Below, piece after piece: positions 1 through 14,185 of a DNA stretch of 64,000 nucleotides. Both the position numbers and the translations under genes were made by a program. The DNA comes from Octopus sinensis (Eukaryota). The stretch is taken from NCBI RefSeq assembly GCF_006345805.1, contig NC_043015.1, positions 47,740,001-47,804,000 on the forward strand. Reading direction: 5' to 3'. The notes beneath the pieces were generated by a model. That model made no database searches and was not told the origin of the DNA. It was given only the letters and a program-made list of their open reading frames with translations. Positions within the stretch are counted from its first letter, which is position 1, and the number at the start of each line of letters is the position of its first letter.

Positions 1-249
1 CCATTTTTCGGTGTATTCTAACCAGAAAAATGTTCACTTAAAGAGAATAACAAGCTACATAATGCAAAATTTTTACTTTACAAAAATTCCAATTCTAAAG
101 GGTCGAAACAAACCCGAGTAACAAAATGTTGGAGCAATTAAAACGTACGTCGTGTTCTGTCAAGTGAAGATTATCATTATTAAGTACAAGATTTGTCGAT
201 GAAATAGCAAACCAGTTTGTTATATCAAAATGATCGCAGGAAGATTATG

Positions 250-720
250 TTGTTCGTGTGAGATGCATGGTCAGACGATGAAGATGACGTTGGTATGGAG
301 GAGATGGTCAAATGAAGGGGATGCTGTTGGAGGCGGGGGTGATGATCATATGAAGGGGATGGTGTTGGTGTGGAAGAAATGATCCAGGGAAGAGAGGGAT
401 GTTGGTGTGGGAAGATGAACAGATAGATGAAGGGAAGAGTGTTAGTATAGGGGAGATGGTTAGATGAAGTGAATGGTGCGGGGGAGATGTCCACATGAAG
501 CAGATGGTGTTGGTGTGGGAGAACTGGTCAGATGAAGCGGAGTCTGTTGGTGTAGGAGAGATGTCAGACGATGGGGGTGATGATGCAAGGGCGATGATCA
601 GAGGAGGGAATGGTGTTTGTGTATGGGAGGTTGTCATATTTACGCGGGAGAGGTGGTGCTGGTCAGACCAAGAGAGCGGTATTGGCGGGGAAAGATTGCC
701 AGTAACGATGGTGTTGACTT
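250..720. repeat. Degenerate purine-rich minisatellite (~36-39 bp unit)
   Basis: Recurring GATGAAG..GATGGTGTTGGTGTGGGAGAGATGGTCA motif. The minus strand reads as broken S/P/T-rich peptides. Confidence 0.5.
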
Positions 721-974
721 AGGCGGGAAGACGACATGGCCTGATGCATTATTATATGTATGTATACATACACGTATACAAACGTGCATTCACATACACT
801 CACACACACACATTCATAAATATTTTAAATACCAATATACACCAATGCAAAACTAAAGTAGTTAGTTTGCAGTGAACACTGGTATAAACAGGCGAACTAG
901 AATGCAAACATCCCTTAAAGGATTATAAGCCCTTGGTATGATTATATATATACATATACATATACATAAACATA

Positions 975-1015
<41 letters not shown>

Positions 1016-1234
1016 TATATATGGTTGTTGTTGTTTACACACCCGGCTTCGTCTTTTGTTTTGTCTTTTTGTAAATCTCAACTATATATATATATATATG
1101 CATATATATACATATATACATGCATATATAGATATATATTTGCATCGCTCTCTCTCTATATATATATCTATATGTGTATATATATATGCATATATACCTA
1201 TATATATATATATATACATATATATATTTGCATA

Positions 1235-1265
<31 letters not shown>

Positions 1266-1275
1266 CACATACACA

Positions 1276-1484
1276 CAGGGTGTTCAAAAAGTCTCTCCAC
1301 TGATTTTTTTTTCTCCAAGATCTATTTCTTATGTACCGAAAATTAAGAACGATACTTTCAACACCTCTTATAAAGTTTTTAAGTCTTGTAAAGTCTAATA
1401 TATTTTTTTGTAGTCTTACTCCATCTTATAAATATTTATTTTGCAATAAAATTCTTACTGAGGAGAGACTTTTTGAACACTCTG
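1276..1484. mobile_element. Tc1/mariner-type MITE
   Basis: 23-bp TIRs CAGGGTGTTCAAAAAGTCTCTCC (1276) and GGAGAGACTTTTTGAACACTCTG (ends 1484), 1 mismatch. TA follows the right end. Confidence 0.8.
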
Positions 1485-1558
1485 TATATTCCAGAATTTA
1501 ACCACTGTTAGCGATTTTTTCCCGCCGTCTTCTTTTTCTCTTGGACTTTCCTGTTCCC

Positions 1559-1595
1559 TGTTTCTGAAGAAGAGCTTTGCTTGAAACGTAAAACA
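1559..1595 (+). ncRNA. Minimal type I hammerhead ribozyme motif in a Penelope-like repeat (~1500-1680)
   Basis: TGTTT-CTGAAGA-A-GAGC(TTT)GCTT-GAAACGTA-AAACA: 5-bp stem I, intact core, palindromic ACGT helix III. Confidence 0.75.
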
Positions 1596-2200
1596 CCCTG
1601 TCTTTCCTCCTCTTATTAATACCCTGCAACGTACCACGTCCTCGAGTTGTTATTTTTTCCTGTTGTTTTTTTTATTATATGTAGTTCAGCAAAATTTAGA
1701 TTCAGATGAATATGATACTTAAGTCAAAGGCACCAGAATTTTGTATGGTATTATCCATATAAATCCACGGGGTGATTACAATCAAAATAAGCAACAAGTA
1801 TATCCTCTGATATATTTTGAAATAAGCAACAAGTATATCCTCTGATATACTTGTTGCTTATTTTGATTATATATATAATATAATATATATAACAAGATGC
1901 AGCACGGATTTTTGTCAGTGAACAGGTCGCGGATTTTAGCGACGAAAATATTTTGACAAATTAAACTTAAATGTTGAAGTGAATCGAACGGCTTTTGTGT
2001 GTTTCTTAAATGGCTTATAAACACCTTCCACGCTGCAATTGTTATCGTTTCAGCACACGATCTCAGATCAAATTACTTGCTATGCGAGTACATCTCCGTA
2101 AAAAATAATATATAATATTATATTCATAGTATTTAATGTAATGTTGTAATATAAATATATCATTGGATTGTCAATAGAATATCTCTATATTTAATTTATC

Positions 2201-2203
<3 letters not shown>

Positions 2204-2282
<79 letters not shown>

Positions 2283-2333
2283 ATATATATATATACATAC
2301 ATATATATATATATATTATATATATATATATAT

Positions 2334-2374
<41 letters not shown>

Positions 2375-2420
2375 CACATATATATACATATATATATATA
2401 TACATATACACATATATATA

Positions 2421-2473
<53 letters not shown>

Positions 2474-2515
2474 TATACATATATATATATACATATATAT
2501 ATACATATATACATA

Positions 2516-2548
<33 letters not shown>

Positions 2549-2676
2549 ATACTATATATCATATATATACATTTATATACATATATACATATATATTATA
2601 TATATACATATATATTACATATATATATATACATATATATATATATACATATATATATATATCTATATATATATAT
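2204..2676. repeat. Compound (TA)n/(TACA) microsatellite
   Basis: Directly visible. It is the source of the YIYI ORFs. Confidence 0.95.
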
Positions 2677-2852
2677 GTTTGTGTGTCTATCGCTTGATAG
2701 CCAATTTAGTGGGTTTGTTCCGGTATCTTACCTGTTCGGCAAAAGGGAACCGATAGAATAAGCACTAGGCTTACAAAGAATAAGTCCTGGGGTTGATTTC
2801 TCCGACTAAAGGCAATGATCCAGCATGGCCACAGTCAAATAACTGAAACAAA
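2676..2852 (+). mobile_element. tRNA-SINE family A, 3' half
   Basis: ...GAATAAGTCCTGGGG...CAGCATGGCCACAGTCAAATAACTGAAACA tail shared with the other family A copies. Confidence 0.8.
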
Positions 2853-2863
2853 TAATTATATAT

Positions 2864-2906
<43 letters not shown>

Positions 2907-3076
2907 TATATCTTTGACTTCTCTGCGACCATGCTGGAATTTTCAGCGAAATGTATCGATCCCAGCCTGATACTTATTGTATCGGTTTCTTTTGCCGAAC
3001 CGCTAAGATATGTGTCTAATCAACAAGCACCGGTTGTCGAGCGGTGGTGGGGGACAAACACCTCCCCCCATTATAT

Positions 3077-3157
<81 letters not shown>

Positions 3158-3160
<3 letters not shown>

Positions 3161-3483
3161 AGCATTCCGTCGATTACAACGGCGAGGGTCTCAGCTGATA
3201 TGATCAACAGAACAGCTTGCTCGTGAAATTGATGTGCAAGTGGCTGAGCACTCCATAGACACGTGTGCCCTTAACGTAGTTCTTAGGGAGATTCAGCGTG
3301 ACACAAAGTGTGACAAGGCCGGCCCTTTCAACTATAGGTACTACTCACTTTTGCCAGCGGAGTGAACTAGAGCAACGTCAAATAAAGTGACTTGCTCAAG
3401 GACACAACCTATCGCCGGGAATTGAACTCACGACCTTGTGATCGCGAGTCGAATGCCCTAACCACTAAGCCACGCGCCTTCAC
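3158..3483 (-). mobile_element. tRNA-SINE family D
   Basis: Minus strand GGCGCGTGGCTTAGTGGTTAGGGCATTCG...GAGTTCAATTCCCGG (A/B boxes) followed by GTGTCCTTGAGCAAG. Related copies at 9230-9400, 21309, 57860 and 61127. Confidence 0.8.
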
Positions 3484-3745
3484 ACTCACATGTTACCGTA
3501 CACATTCGCTAGCTTTCTTGCAAAGGGGTCTAATACAGTTAGCTTAGACCTTTTGGGGGACAACCAGACCGAACCATCTAAAGTGTAACTGTCCGAAATG
3601 GTCGTGACTTCTGGTACATGACTGAAGAAAGAAAGCCAAGAACCACCCGTCTTATTTGCTTGTCCTAATTGTTGTTTCCCTTGTCTGCCTTGTGTCGTCC
3701 ATTTGTCCGAACGCTTTAATGGCCCTCTATTGCGTTTTTGTGCTA

Positions 3746-4003
3746 TCATCATCGTTTAACGTCCGCTTTCCATGCTAGCATGGGTTGGACGATTTTGACT
3801 GAGGGCTGGCGAACCAGATGGCTGCACCAGGCTCCAATCTTGATCTAGCAGAGTTTCTACAGCTGGATGCCCTTCCTAACGCCAACCACTCCGAGAGTGG
3901 AGTGGGTGCTTTTTACGTGCCACCAACACGAAAGCCAGTTAGCCGCTCTGTCAACGATCACACTCGTATGGTGCTCTTTGCACCCCGCTAGCAGGATGCC
4001 AGT
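3746..4003 (-). mobile_element. RTE-related non-autonomous element (family C), (GAT)n tail
   Basis: GGTTGGCGTTAGGAAGGGCATCCAGC...CCCATGCTAGCATGGAAAGCGGACGTTAAACGATGATG. Same sequence at 6870, 58922 and 62813. Confidence 0.7.
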
Positions 4004-4004
4004 C

Positions 4005-4104
<100 letters not shown>

Positions 4105-4145
4105 AATATATGTGTATATATATAATATATATGTGTATATATAAA

Positions 4146-4193
<48 letters not shown>

Positions 4194-4590
4194 TGAATGT
4201 AAGTATATGTATGTATGTATATATATAAATATATATGTGTATATATAAATATATGTAAGCATATATATATGTGTGCATATATAAATATGTGTGTGTGTGT
4301 ATATGTATATGACGTATTTATTTCAATTTCCTTCTACCAAATTCCACTCACTCAGTGGGACTGAACCCGGAACCACGTGGTTGGGAAGTAAGCTTCTTAC
4401 CACACACAGCCAGACATGTACATACTTGTATCACCCACGCATACAGCGTGCCCCCACTGTACCTGTGCGAGTGTGTGTCTGTGTTTGTAAGGCTATATCT
4501 ATATGTATGCGCGCTTCCTGTCCCCTTTTATTGTTACATTCAAAGAACTTCACACCAACACCATCGTCGTCACGTGTGCGTGTCTGTCTC

Positions 4591-4636
<46 letters not shown>

Positions 4637-5271
4637 TACACATACGCCCACCACAATATACAAAGCATATTTTCAAAGAACAAAAATAACACACATGTAT
4701 CGACACCCACGCAAACAACCAACCAAAAAATAAAAATCAAATGAAAAATAATTTCTTGTAAATTCTTTGAATGACCATCCTTAACTTACTGTCCATATTC
4801 TCTCAATAGAAAAAAGGTAAAAAAGAAAGAAGGAAAATATTGACAAGATATTCCAAAACACACACACACACAGCTGCTCATGCCATGAATAGAAACCACC
4901 AATTTCAATTCAAAAGACTTCTTTTCAATAGAATTCCTGAAACTTGAACTCTTGAACCCCACCACAAACCGTAGACACAACATATTTTTAAGGAGTGACG
5001 CTGACGTGCATTAAAAATGGCTACAAACTTTTAAACCCCACCGCCATTTTTTTTTCTCTTTGACTTCCTAAAAATTTTTCTCTAATATTTGAGAATTGAA
5101 ACCGGTTATTTTTTTAAATACCTCTCTGTAACAAAACTATTAAACATTCTCTAAAATAATGCTTTTGTGCCTTTTCCAGCTTTATTACTTTTTTCAACCA
5201 TAATTTTTGATTTGTATTACCTCCTAACTCCTTTTCAACTACACACACACACATATATACTTGCCCATTCA

Positions 5272-5319
<48 letters not shown>

Positions 5320-5569
5320 ATATATATATACTTACACACACACACACATATACTTACATATATGTGTGTAACTATATATATATATATATTATAATATATA
5401 GGGGAACAAACATACATATATATACATACATACACATACATACATATACATACATACATATATATACATACACATACATATACATATATATACATACATA
5501 CACATACATACGTATACATATATATATATACGACGTGCTTCTTTCAGTTTCCGTCTACCAAATCCACTC

Positions 5570-5629
<60 letters not shown>

Positions 5630-5666
5630 ATCGAAACTAACTATGACTAATTTTTCCTCTCACACC

Positions 5667-5717
5667 GTCTCCGACGAAGGGATATTATTATTAATATCCT
5701 AGAAACAGCTGTAAGAC
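5667..5717 (+). ncRNA. Variant minimal hammerhead motif (CCGACGA core) in a short insert between (TA)n tracts
   Basis: GTCT-CCGACGA-A-GGGATATTA..TAATATCCT-A-GAAACAGCTGTA-AGAC, with palindromic ACAGCTGT helix III. Confidence 0.6.
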
Positions 5718-5784
5718 CTTCTATCTATAAATGCTCTAATATCTATACAGCCTTGGTTTTTTTATTATCTCATTACGCAAAAAA

Positions 5785-5826
<42 letters not shown>

Positions 5827-6420
5827 AATTAATGGAATGATTAGGGAACAGAAATTGCGTAATCCACTCTATTGGCTTAATGCTGTTTTGTGCTAAAAGT
5901 TTTGTCTAAATGAACTTATTAGATGAGTGTGTGTGTGTATTACACAGTTATTAGTGAGGGATTATCAGCCCAAGCAAAATACTTTATAACCTGTGTTAGT
6001 ACACCAGGCTAACAATATTTATTAGATTAGTTAAGAACAATATTTATTAGATTAGTTAAGAACACCGCGTATTCTGGTGACCAGCGTTCGAGGTTCTCGT
6101 TCATTACCACTCTCTATTGTAAAACCATGCTAGTGCACCAGTTATACTGGTGATATACAAGACAAGGTGTAAATAATGGCTATTACATAATTCTCTTTAT
6201 TGTAGTAAGTTTTAACTTCCTGCTGTTACTGGAAACAGTTACAAGTCAAGTTTACTACAATAGCGAAAAATATGCAGTAACCATTATTTATACCTCGTCT
6301 CATGTGTGTGTGTGAGTATATGTATATATATATATATATTTCTGGAGTATATATATATATTCTGGAGTATATATATATATATTTATAACCAAAAAATAAG
6401 CAACAAGAACGGATCAGTAG

Positions 6421-6506
6421 TTTAGTACAATTGTTTCATACTATAAACATTTTATTGAAGCTGCAAATATTACGGAAAATATAATGTCAAGTACTCTTCA
6501 GCTAAA
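6421..6506 (-). ncRNA. Type I hammerhead motif with long helix II insert
   Basis: Minus strand: TTTAG-CTGAAGA-GTACT...AGTAT-GAAACAATTGTA-CTAAA. 5-bp stem I and palindromic ACAATTGT. Confidence 0.6.
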
Positions 6507-6772
6507 TTTCATATAGGTTTTCCAAACATCTTAGAGAGAGTAAATATCCTTATAAAGTCATAGGAGTGAGTTCCAGGAACTTGAAGTAAGATTCCAAGCA
6601 GACTATATATGTTTTTTCCAACAATACAAAGTTATTAAATTAATTATTGACATCTCAAAGGTAAATCTACTCATAAAGATGTGGATATAAATTTCAAGAA
6701 ACATGAGGAAAGATGCCGATCAGACTACGGTTAAGTTCGCATCTAACTGTTGCAAACAAAATTCTATAGTAG

Positions 6773-6848
<76 letters not shown>

Positions 6849-6869
6849 AGTATATATATATATATATGA

Positions 6870-7020
6870 GTAGTTGGTGCTAGGAAGGGCATCCAGCCGT
6901 AGAAACATTGCCAGATCAGACTGGGCCTGGTGCAGCCTTCTGGCTTCCCAGACCCCAGTTGTACCGTCCAACCCATGCCAGCATGGAAAGCGGACGCTAA
7001 ACGATGATGATGATGATGAT
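6870..7020 (+). mobile_element. Family C (RTE-related) element, 3' part
   Basis: AGGAAGGGCATCCAGCCGTAGAAAC...CGGACGCTAAACGATGATGATG. Confidence 0.7.
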
Positions 7021-7023
7021 GTA

Positions 7024-7070
<47 letters not shown>

Positions 7071-7277
7071 ATATTTCAACTACAGGAGTAGTTGAAAGCG
7101 CTAATATGAAGAAATAATATGTGATATGTAAATAAATATATATCTTTACAACCATCCAGCACTCTGAACACCTTTTTTTCTTTCATATATATATATACAT
7201 ATACTATATATATATATACATATACTATATATATATACATATACTATATATATATATACATATACTATATATATATA

Positions 7278-7314
<37 letters not shown>

Positions 7315-7639
7315 ATATATATATATATACATATACAATATATATATATATATATATATACATACACACACACACACATCTCGTCATGTATACGTAGATT
7401 GAAGAAAAAATTTCGAAAAAGTTAAAAATGAAAAATATTGGGGGGGGGGTGGAATTTAAAATTTTGAAAATGTGATCTTTTGCATATTCGGAATCTCCGT
7501 CATTGAAAATCTAGTAACCCGATGAGAAAAAAATAAAAAATTTCCGAAAGCTCGGTTTTTTGTGGCGGGGTGGGTGGGGAGGACTGTCGCCCAGCTCCAC
7601 CTTTTGTTACATACATACATACATACATACATACATCGA

Positions 7640-8185
7640 CACCTATCATTGTATCTGCTATTATTCTGATGAAACTAAACAATTACGGGAATATAATTTT
7701 TTCAGGAACTGATAGGAAACATAATCCAGAATTTCACAATGATGACAGTTTATCTACCGGTTCCTATACACAAAGTTCAATACAGTTAAACCCGGTATAC
7801 ATACATGATCACAAGGAAAAGCTTTCTTCTGTTGCGGAAACCATCTACCCGCTTGGTACCAACGTGGTTAGAAAAGTACAAGTGGAAGAGGGCATCTACG
7901 GACCCCTGATGAGGAGTTTGCAAATCCAGTACCCAAGATAAATTTTCAGCTTCATACCCATTATTAGTGGAATAACAGGGTGCATACCAACCCATCTGGA
8001 GCAAAGTATGGCCGAACTTGGGTTCTTGGGGGAGAGGAGGCAAATACTTATCTCATACTCTACAAATGATCCCGATTTCTGGGACCACAAAAATCTGCAA
8101 GATTCAAACCCTTGCCAAAATTTTGTCGAGTCAAACCGAAGGATTGCCAAAATTTGCTCTAAATTAACAAGAGAAATAGAAAAAC
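7640..8185 (+). pseudogene. Decayed 3' end of a restriction-like-endonuclease non-LTR retrotransposon
   Basis: Frames join to ...HDHKEK...YPLGTNVVRKV...IYGPLMRSLQIQYP..FSFIPIISGITGCIPTHL...LGF, the typical RLE C-terminus. Flanked by (TACA)n. Confidence 0.55.
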
Positions 8186-8543
8186 ATACATACGTACACA
8201 CATCCATCCATACATATACATCCATCCATCCATACATACATACATACATATACTTTAACATGACGTGTGGTGAGAGTGACTTCGAAGTCACTAAAGGTAC
8301 GATATGTATGTACTCTACAAAGAATATTATGTAAATTGTAAAGTACAATGTAAACTATTGGTCAATATAAAGATCTTCACCCGTGAACAAAAAAAATAGT
8401 AAACCAGCCCGCTGGGTGTTAACAGGTATGTGGAAAACGAATATAAAAAAAATTGCGCTGACGACCCTTGGGGGTGGAGAGGACTTTGGGAAAATTCACA
8501 ATTATTTTTATTATTAGTCGTTAAATGAACACACATATATATA

Positions 8544-9143
8544 TAGAGTGGCCCAAAAGTAGGTTTACCGTTACTCGAGGCGTAAGAGTGGATGCGTGGT
8601 AAGTAGCTTGTTTACCAACCACATGGTTCTGGGTTCAGTCCCACTGCGTAGCACCTTGGGCAAGTGTCTTCTACTATAGCCTCGGGCCGACCAAAGCCTT
8701 GTGAGTGGATTTGGTAGATGGAAACTGAAAGAAGCCCGTCGTATATATGTATATATATATATGTGTGTGTGTGTGTGTTTGTCACCCCAACATCGCTTGA
8801 CAACCGATGCTGGTGTGTTTACGTCCCCGTAACTTCGCGGTTCGGCAATAGCGGCCGATAGAATAAGTACTAGGCTTACAAAGAATAAGTCCTGGGGTCG
8901 ATTTGCTCGACTAAAGGCGGTGCTCCAGCATGACCACAGTCAAATGACTGAAACAAGTAAAAGTACTATCTCTTTCGCATTCATATATTAACAGTTTAGA
9001 TCTTAATTATAAAAAAAATATGAAACCATTAGTCTATGCTAATTCAGTTAATTGTAAGATTGAAATTTTAATGTTATAAAATGCTTTAAAAGACATTTAA
9101 AGTGCCTACGTGATAACTGTGAACCTACTTTGGGGCCACCCTC
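8544..9143. mobile_element. Tc1-like MITE interrupted by a SINE
   Basis: Imperfect TIRs TA|TAGAGTGGCCCAAAAGTAGGTTTACCGTTA and TAACTGTGAACCTACTTTGGGGCCACCCTC|TA. Confidence 0.7.
8578..8963 (+). mobile_element. tRNA-SINE family A, full length
   Basis: tRNA-like head (GTGGTAAGTAGCTTG...GGGTTCAGTCCC), CCTTGGGCAAGTG core, internal (TA)(TG) tract, and ACTGAAACAAGTAAAAG tail. Confidence 0.9.
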
Positions 9144-9401
9144 TATAATGAACTCACACGTCGAACACGACGTATGAAAGTTCAGCTTTTGCCGGACGAC
9201 CTGTACAAATGATTTGTTTATAGCGATCAAGTGTATGTGCCGCTTATTAGCTCATTCCCTCCATCAGATCGCCGTTGGCCGAATAGGTGCACTGTGTGCC
9301 ACGCGTCAGGTGTCGAAGTGATTGCGGAGCAGCGTGAGATGTTTTGCTCAAGAACACAATGCACCACCCGGACTAGGAATCGAAACCACAATCTCGCGAT
9401 T

Positions 9402-9479
9402 AGATAGATAGACAGACAGACAGACAGTCATACAGATAGATAGATAGATAGATAGATAGATATATAGATAGATAGATAT

Positions 9480-9522
<43 letters not shown>

Positions 9523-9550
9523 TGTGGGACATGGACCGATAGATAGATAG
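9402..9550. repeat. (AGAT)n/(AGAC)n microsatellite
   Basis: Directly visible. Confidence 0.95.
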
Positions 9551-9978
9551 GTGAGTGTGTGTGTGTATGTATGTATGTTGGTATGTATGTATATAAATAA
9601 ACTGCATTCCTTCGGTATAGCTCGACAAAGTCGTGACATTTCACTTCGGTTATTTCCTTGGGTTGTGGAATGTATATATATAAAAATTGGTTAATATAGG
9701 GCGTCAGAAAATCAAAAAAAAAATGTGTGTAATAGGTGTAAAACAACTTCCTATGAACGAATATGAAAATACCTGCAATGTCTCATTTTAGACTTGAAGA
9801 AAAAAAAAAAAAAAAAGCCTTGCATATTTGTTCTTCCTTGTTTCATGTGTGTATGTAAAATCCGCAAATTTTTCCAAGCAAAATACAGAATCGAACTGTC
9901 ATTTGCTCCCACGGAAATACCCGAAAGTGAAGTGGTTTGATTTTGTCGAGTTATATCGAAAGAATGCCAAATAGACAA

Positions 9979-10142
9979 ATATATATATGTATATATATAT
10001 ATATATATGTATGTATATATATATATATATGTATGTATTATATATATATATGTATGTATATATATATATATGTATGTATATATATGTATATATATATATA
10101 TATGTATGTATATATATGTATATATATATATATATATGTATG

Positions 10143-10194
<52 letters not shown>

Positions 10195-10219
10195 GTATAT
10201 ATATTATATATATAATATA

Positions 10220-10261
<42 letters not shown>

Positions 10262-10431
10262 GTATATTATATATAATATATATATGTATATATATATGTA
10301 TATATATATAATATATATACACATATATACATACATATTATATATATACACATATATACATACATATTATATATATATATACACATATATACATACATAT
10401 ATATATATATTATATACACATATATACATAC

Positions 10432-10470
<39 letters not shown>

Positions 10471-10489
10471 CACATATATACATACATAT

Positions 10490-10550
<61 letters not shown>

Positions 10551-10610
10551 ATGTACATATATGTAAATATACACACACATGTACATTTACACGCACACAC
10601 ACACACACAA
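9979..10610. repeat. Large compound (TA)n/(TATG)/(TACA) microsatellite
   Basis: Directly visible. Confidence 0.95.
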
Positions 10611-11815
10611 ACGAACGGATTCTAAAGCATTAACAAACTTATTTATTTACAAGTTTCTACATGGCATATATTCACCGGCATTGTGTTTAGTTGTATAATG
10701 TTTGCATTGCTCTGGCTTGGAAGTAGAAATGACTATAATTAACTTTTTGATTGGGAACAGACGATAAACATATTAACACAAACACATATCAACCCGGAAG
10801 CATATGGAATGTAAATATATATATTTTTTTTTACTTATTCCTTTGAAATTGCCATCCATCATTTTTTTCCCCCGTTTCCGTGTACTAACAATCCGTCATA
10901 AAATGTTTGTGGATGGAGACGGTAATTATTCGAAAATATTTTCACAGATATATAATACAAGGATATAGGAAGCGTAGATAAAATAGTTATTAACTTACCA
11001 TTTTTGTTGTGGATGGATGGAATCAAGGGAATGAGAAATGAAATGCTGAAAAAATATAGCTCTCCCCACAAGACGCAATGTCTGTTGTTAGATAAAGCAA
11101 CCACCTGATATGAGACAATATTAATGACAGCAGATGTCTTTATACTTGGTTCTGTTTTCTGGGTAACGTCGTTGATTGGCTGCCGGCAATTCCAAGAATG
11201 ATTTAGAGGTGGAGCGCAAAGAGAGAATACGGACAAATGAACAACATGCAGCGACATAGTAATACTAATAATAATAATAAGTAAGAGTAATAGTAATGGT
11301 TTCAAATTTTGGCACAGGCCAGCAATTTCGGGGGGGGGGAGTAAGTCGGTTATATCGATCCCAGTACTCAACTGGTAGTTATTTTATCGACCCCGAAAGG
11401 ATAAAAAAGCAAAGTCGACTTCGGCAGAATTTGAACCCTGTACGTAAAGATTTGGTTAAAATTCCGCCGAATAATAATAATGTTTTCTTTATTAATCACT
11501 AAGGGTTCACACACACACAAAGAAAAACGCTGGGGACAGCACAGGACAATACAATGTGGGGTTACATAAAAGGTGTATAAAAAGTAAAAAAAAAAAAAAG
11601 AATAACAATATAAAATTATAATAATGAATAATTCCCCAAAACAAAAGAAGAGTAGGACTTCTTAGGGCTGCTCTTGGAAACCTCACAAAACCACGGTCGC
11701 CTTGACCACTAAGGAAAGTACCCTCTCCACATCGTCATCCATCAACCTAAAGGCACCTGCTTTGAGAAATTGGCCCAAGACCAATTCTTCAGCGCTAAGC
11801 ACGAAGGATGCGATG

Positions 11816-14065
11816 TTTTTTTTTATTGCCCACAAGGGACCAATATGGATGGGACAACACAAAAACATGTGGGGAGATATAACACAAAACTTAAAATAAA
11901 ATTCACACAGACCATCCTAGCAACAGTCACGCACTTTTTAACAAAATTACTGGGAGGCAACACTTTCCTCTCTACCCTCACTTTCCTTCTCAAGTGAAAC
12001 TTGAAAAAGCTGATGAGGGTTTGGCCAAAGGGGAAAGTATCTGTCTTTCACCATTTCGATTTGGTTCACCACACAACTTTTTTCGCTAAGGCCACCAGAC
12101 AAAGAAACACTGCCTACTCAACCCGGCCAAAGAAGGCGGTGGAGCAATCTTCACGATGGTCTCAGCCGATAGCCGGATTCGTCTTACACGCGACAGCAGA
12201 TGTTCGGCATAAACCCACAAGCGAGCAATAGTCGGGCAGTGGACAAGAGCGTGCAGGACATTTCGCTGCTCTGTGCGCATCTCGGGTAAGCCCAACTGAC
12301 GGCACTTCCATGCCTGTAGAGTTTATTCTGAACCGGCAATGCCCCTGGTAGCATTGCTAGGCCACAGCCAGTTGATTCTCGTCGACGCCGCGTTACCCGG
12401 AGAACGTCATCGCACTTTCCCGCCACGAACCTTCCACGGAACGCCAGAGTGGAACTTCCACCGACCGCCCTGTCCGACTGACAGAAGACTGAGCATCTGA
12501 CGACACTCTACGCTTGATCCAGGACTGCAGCTCAATCAAAGAGAAAAACTGTGGAGAATCCAGTCTGACAAACGGCGACCACACCTGCGCATCGTCAGGG
12601 AAACGTTGGAGATGTCCAGCCCTCCATTCAGCAGTTATTTACAGCAAATGGAGCGCCTAACTAGTGGAACTCGCCCCTTGCACAGAAAGCGGAAGAATGT
12701 GAGCTCCAATTTGGTCAGATGTAAACTGGCGCAAAGCATGACGGTCAGGCGGTAATATATAATGGAGGCGATATAAGCATACACCACTTCTGCCTGACCT
12801 TTCTGAGATAGCTTTTTCTCGGCCCATTTCTGGGGGAGATTTTCCACTCTGCTCGTCGCTTCGTCCCAGTTCTTCACCAGGAGATCCGGACCAAACTAGA
12901 CCCTGAACAATTTAACCGGTCCCTCCGTTCACTTTCCCATAATGTTAGTGGACAGTGTGGACCTGTCTCTGCAGACCCACTGACTTTTCTTGGTTAACTT
13001 TTGCTCCTGTCACCGTTTTGTACTGTCTTAGAACAGTGCCGACCAGGTCTACGTGTCTGGTGACGTCGTCACCAGGTGACCTCTTCTGCGTACGCCAACA
13101 CAGTTTTTCCACGTCCTAGTTTCACGCGGAATGCCTCTCAACGTCTCCAATTTCCGCAGTAGTGACTTTAGAGCCAGTACATACAGAAGAGACGAGCGAT
13201 GGACACCCTTGACGACGGACCGAGCACATAATGCTGAATAGTTCCGATAGGTAACCATTCACCCGAACTACTAAGTAGATGCCACTGTACATTGCAGCGA
13301 TCCCGCCATGGAAAAGGGGACCGAAACTGGCCGCCAATTATTGGTGGTCGACTCTATCGAAGGCTTAGATTGATCCAAATTGATCAGAGCCGCACCCATG
13401 CCAGCTTCTTTAACCACCCTGTCAATAATGTATTGCTTGAGATGGAGGTTGTCGTGGGTAGATCTGCGCATGCTTGCGCATCACCAATCAGCTCCTCGAT
13501 GACAATCGCCATGGACCTTAAATTTTCTAGTTGACCCCATCCCACTTTTTGGGCCCTTCATCAGCAGTACCACCGCTCCTCGATTCACAGAATTAGGAAT
13601 TCTTCCGTTCTGCTGCCAGTTGCGGTAGATATCTGCCAAGAGGCTGTCAAACAAGTCTGGAATATAAAAGTAAAGTTTGTAGGGCAGACCATCCAAATCA
13701 GGTGATTTGCGCCCTCGACCCATGAAGCCCATCATCGCATCCCGTATTTCCGCCGCAGTTAATATTATTTAGCAACGCACCGGTTCCTTTGCCGAGAGTC
13801 GTAGCATGTCATCGACGTAGACACTGAAATTCATCCTGTGTTTCGGACCACCATTTGTCCCAAAACAGTTCAGCGAAGTGCTGTTGAAATGCCGCACACA
13901 TCTGCTCGGGCTCGAGTGCCGCGCGCCCATTTTGATCTATCAAAAACCGAATTGTGGATTTGTTTCCATGTTGCGCCCCTGCCACTTGGCTCTATCGAGC
14001 GGCTTTCGTTCTCCTGTTTCTTAGGGCACGCATCTTATTTCTGACAATGCATCCTTCGCGCTTAC
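11816..14065 (-). mobile_element. 5'-truncated, decayed Tx1/L1-like LINE (RT to C-terminal zinc region, 3'UTR, poly-A)
   Basis: Fragments RKSPDLDGLPYKLY...RIPNSVNRGAVVLL, GAALINLDQSK, SVRRQGCPS, KNWDE...WAEKKLS.KGQAEVV..IASIIYYRL and YPRC...E...HAL.HCP. The end reads CCCTTGTGGGCAATAAAAAAA on the minus strand. Confidence 0.85.
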
Positions 14066-14185
14066 ACGAGGACATAAAAGAAAATAATGGACAATATTGA
14101 ATGTGAAGTTCTGCTGGATAAATATGGAATCGTCGTGAATAAAGGACCCCCAAAAAGTAAGTGATGCTGCTTGTAGTGGAGCAGG

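Noticed and set aside
6011-6380. 25-bp and ~22-bp tandem duplications
   Set aside because: Ordinary slippage duplications.
8262-8305. Hairpin AGTGAC-TTCGAA-GTCACT with hammerhead-like spacing
   Set aside because: It lacks both CUGANGA and GAAA.
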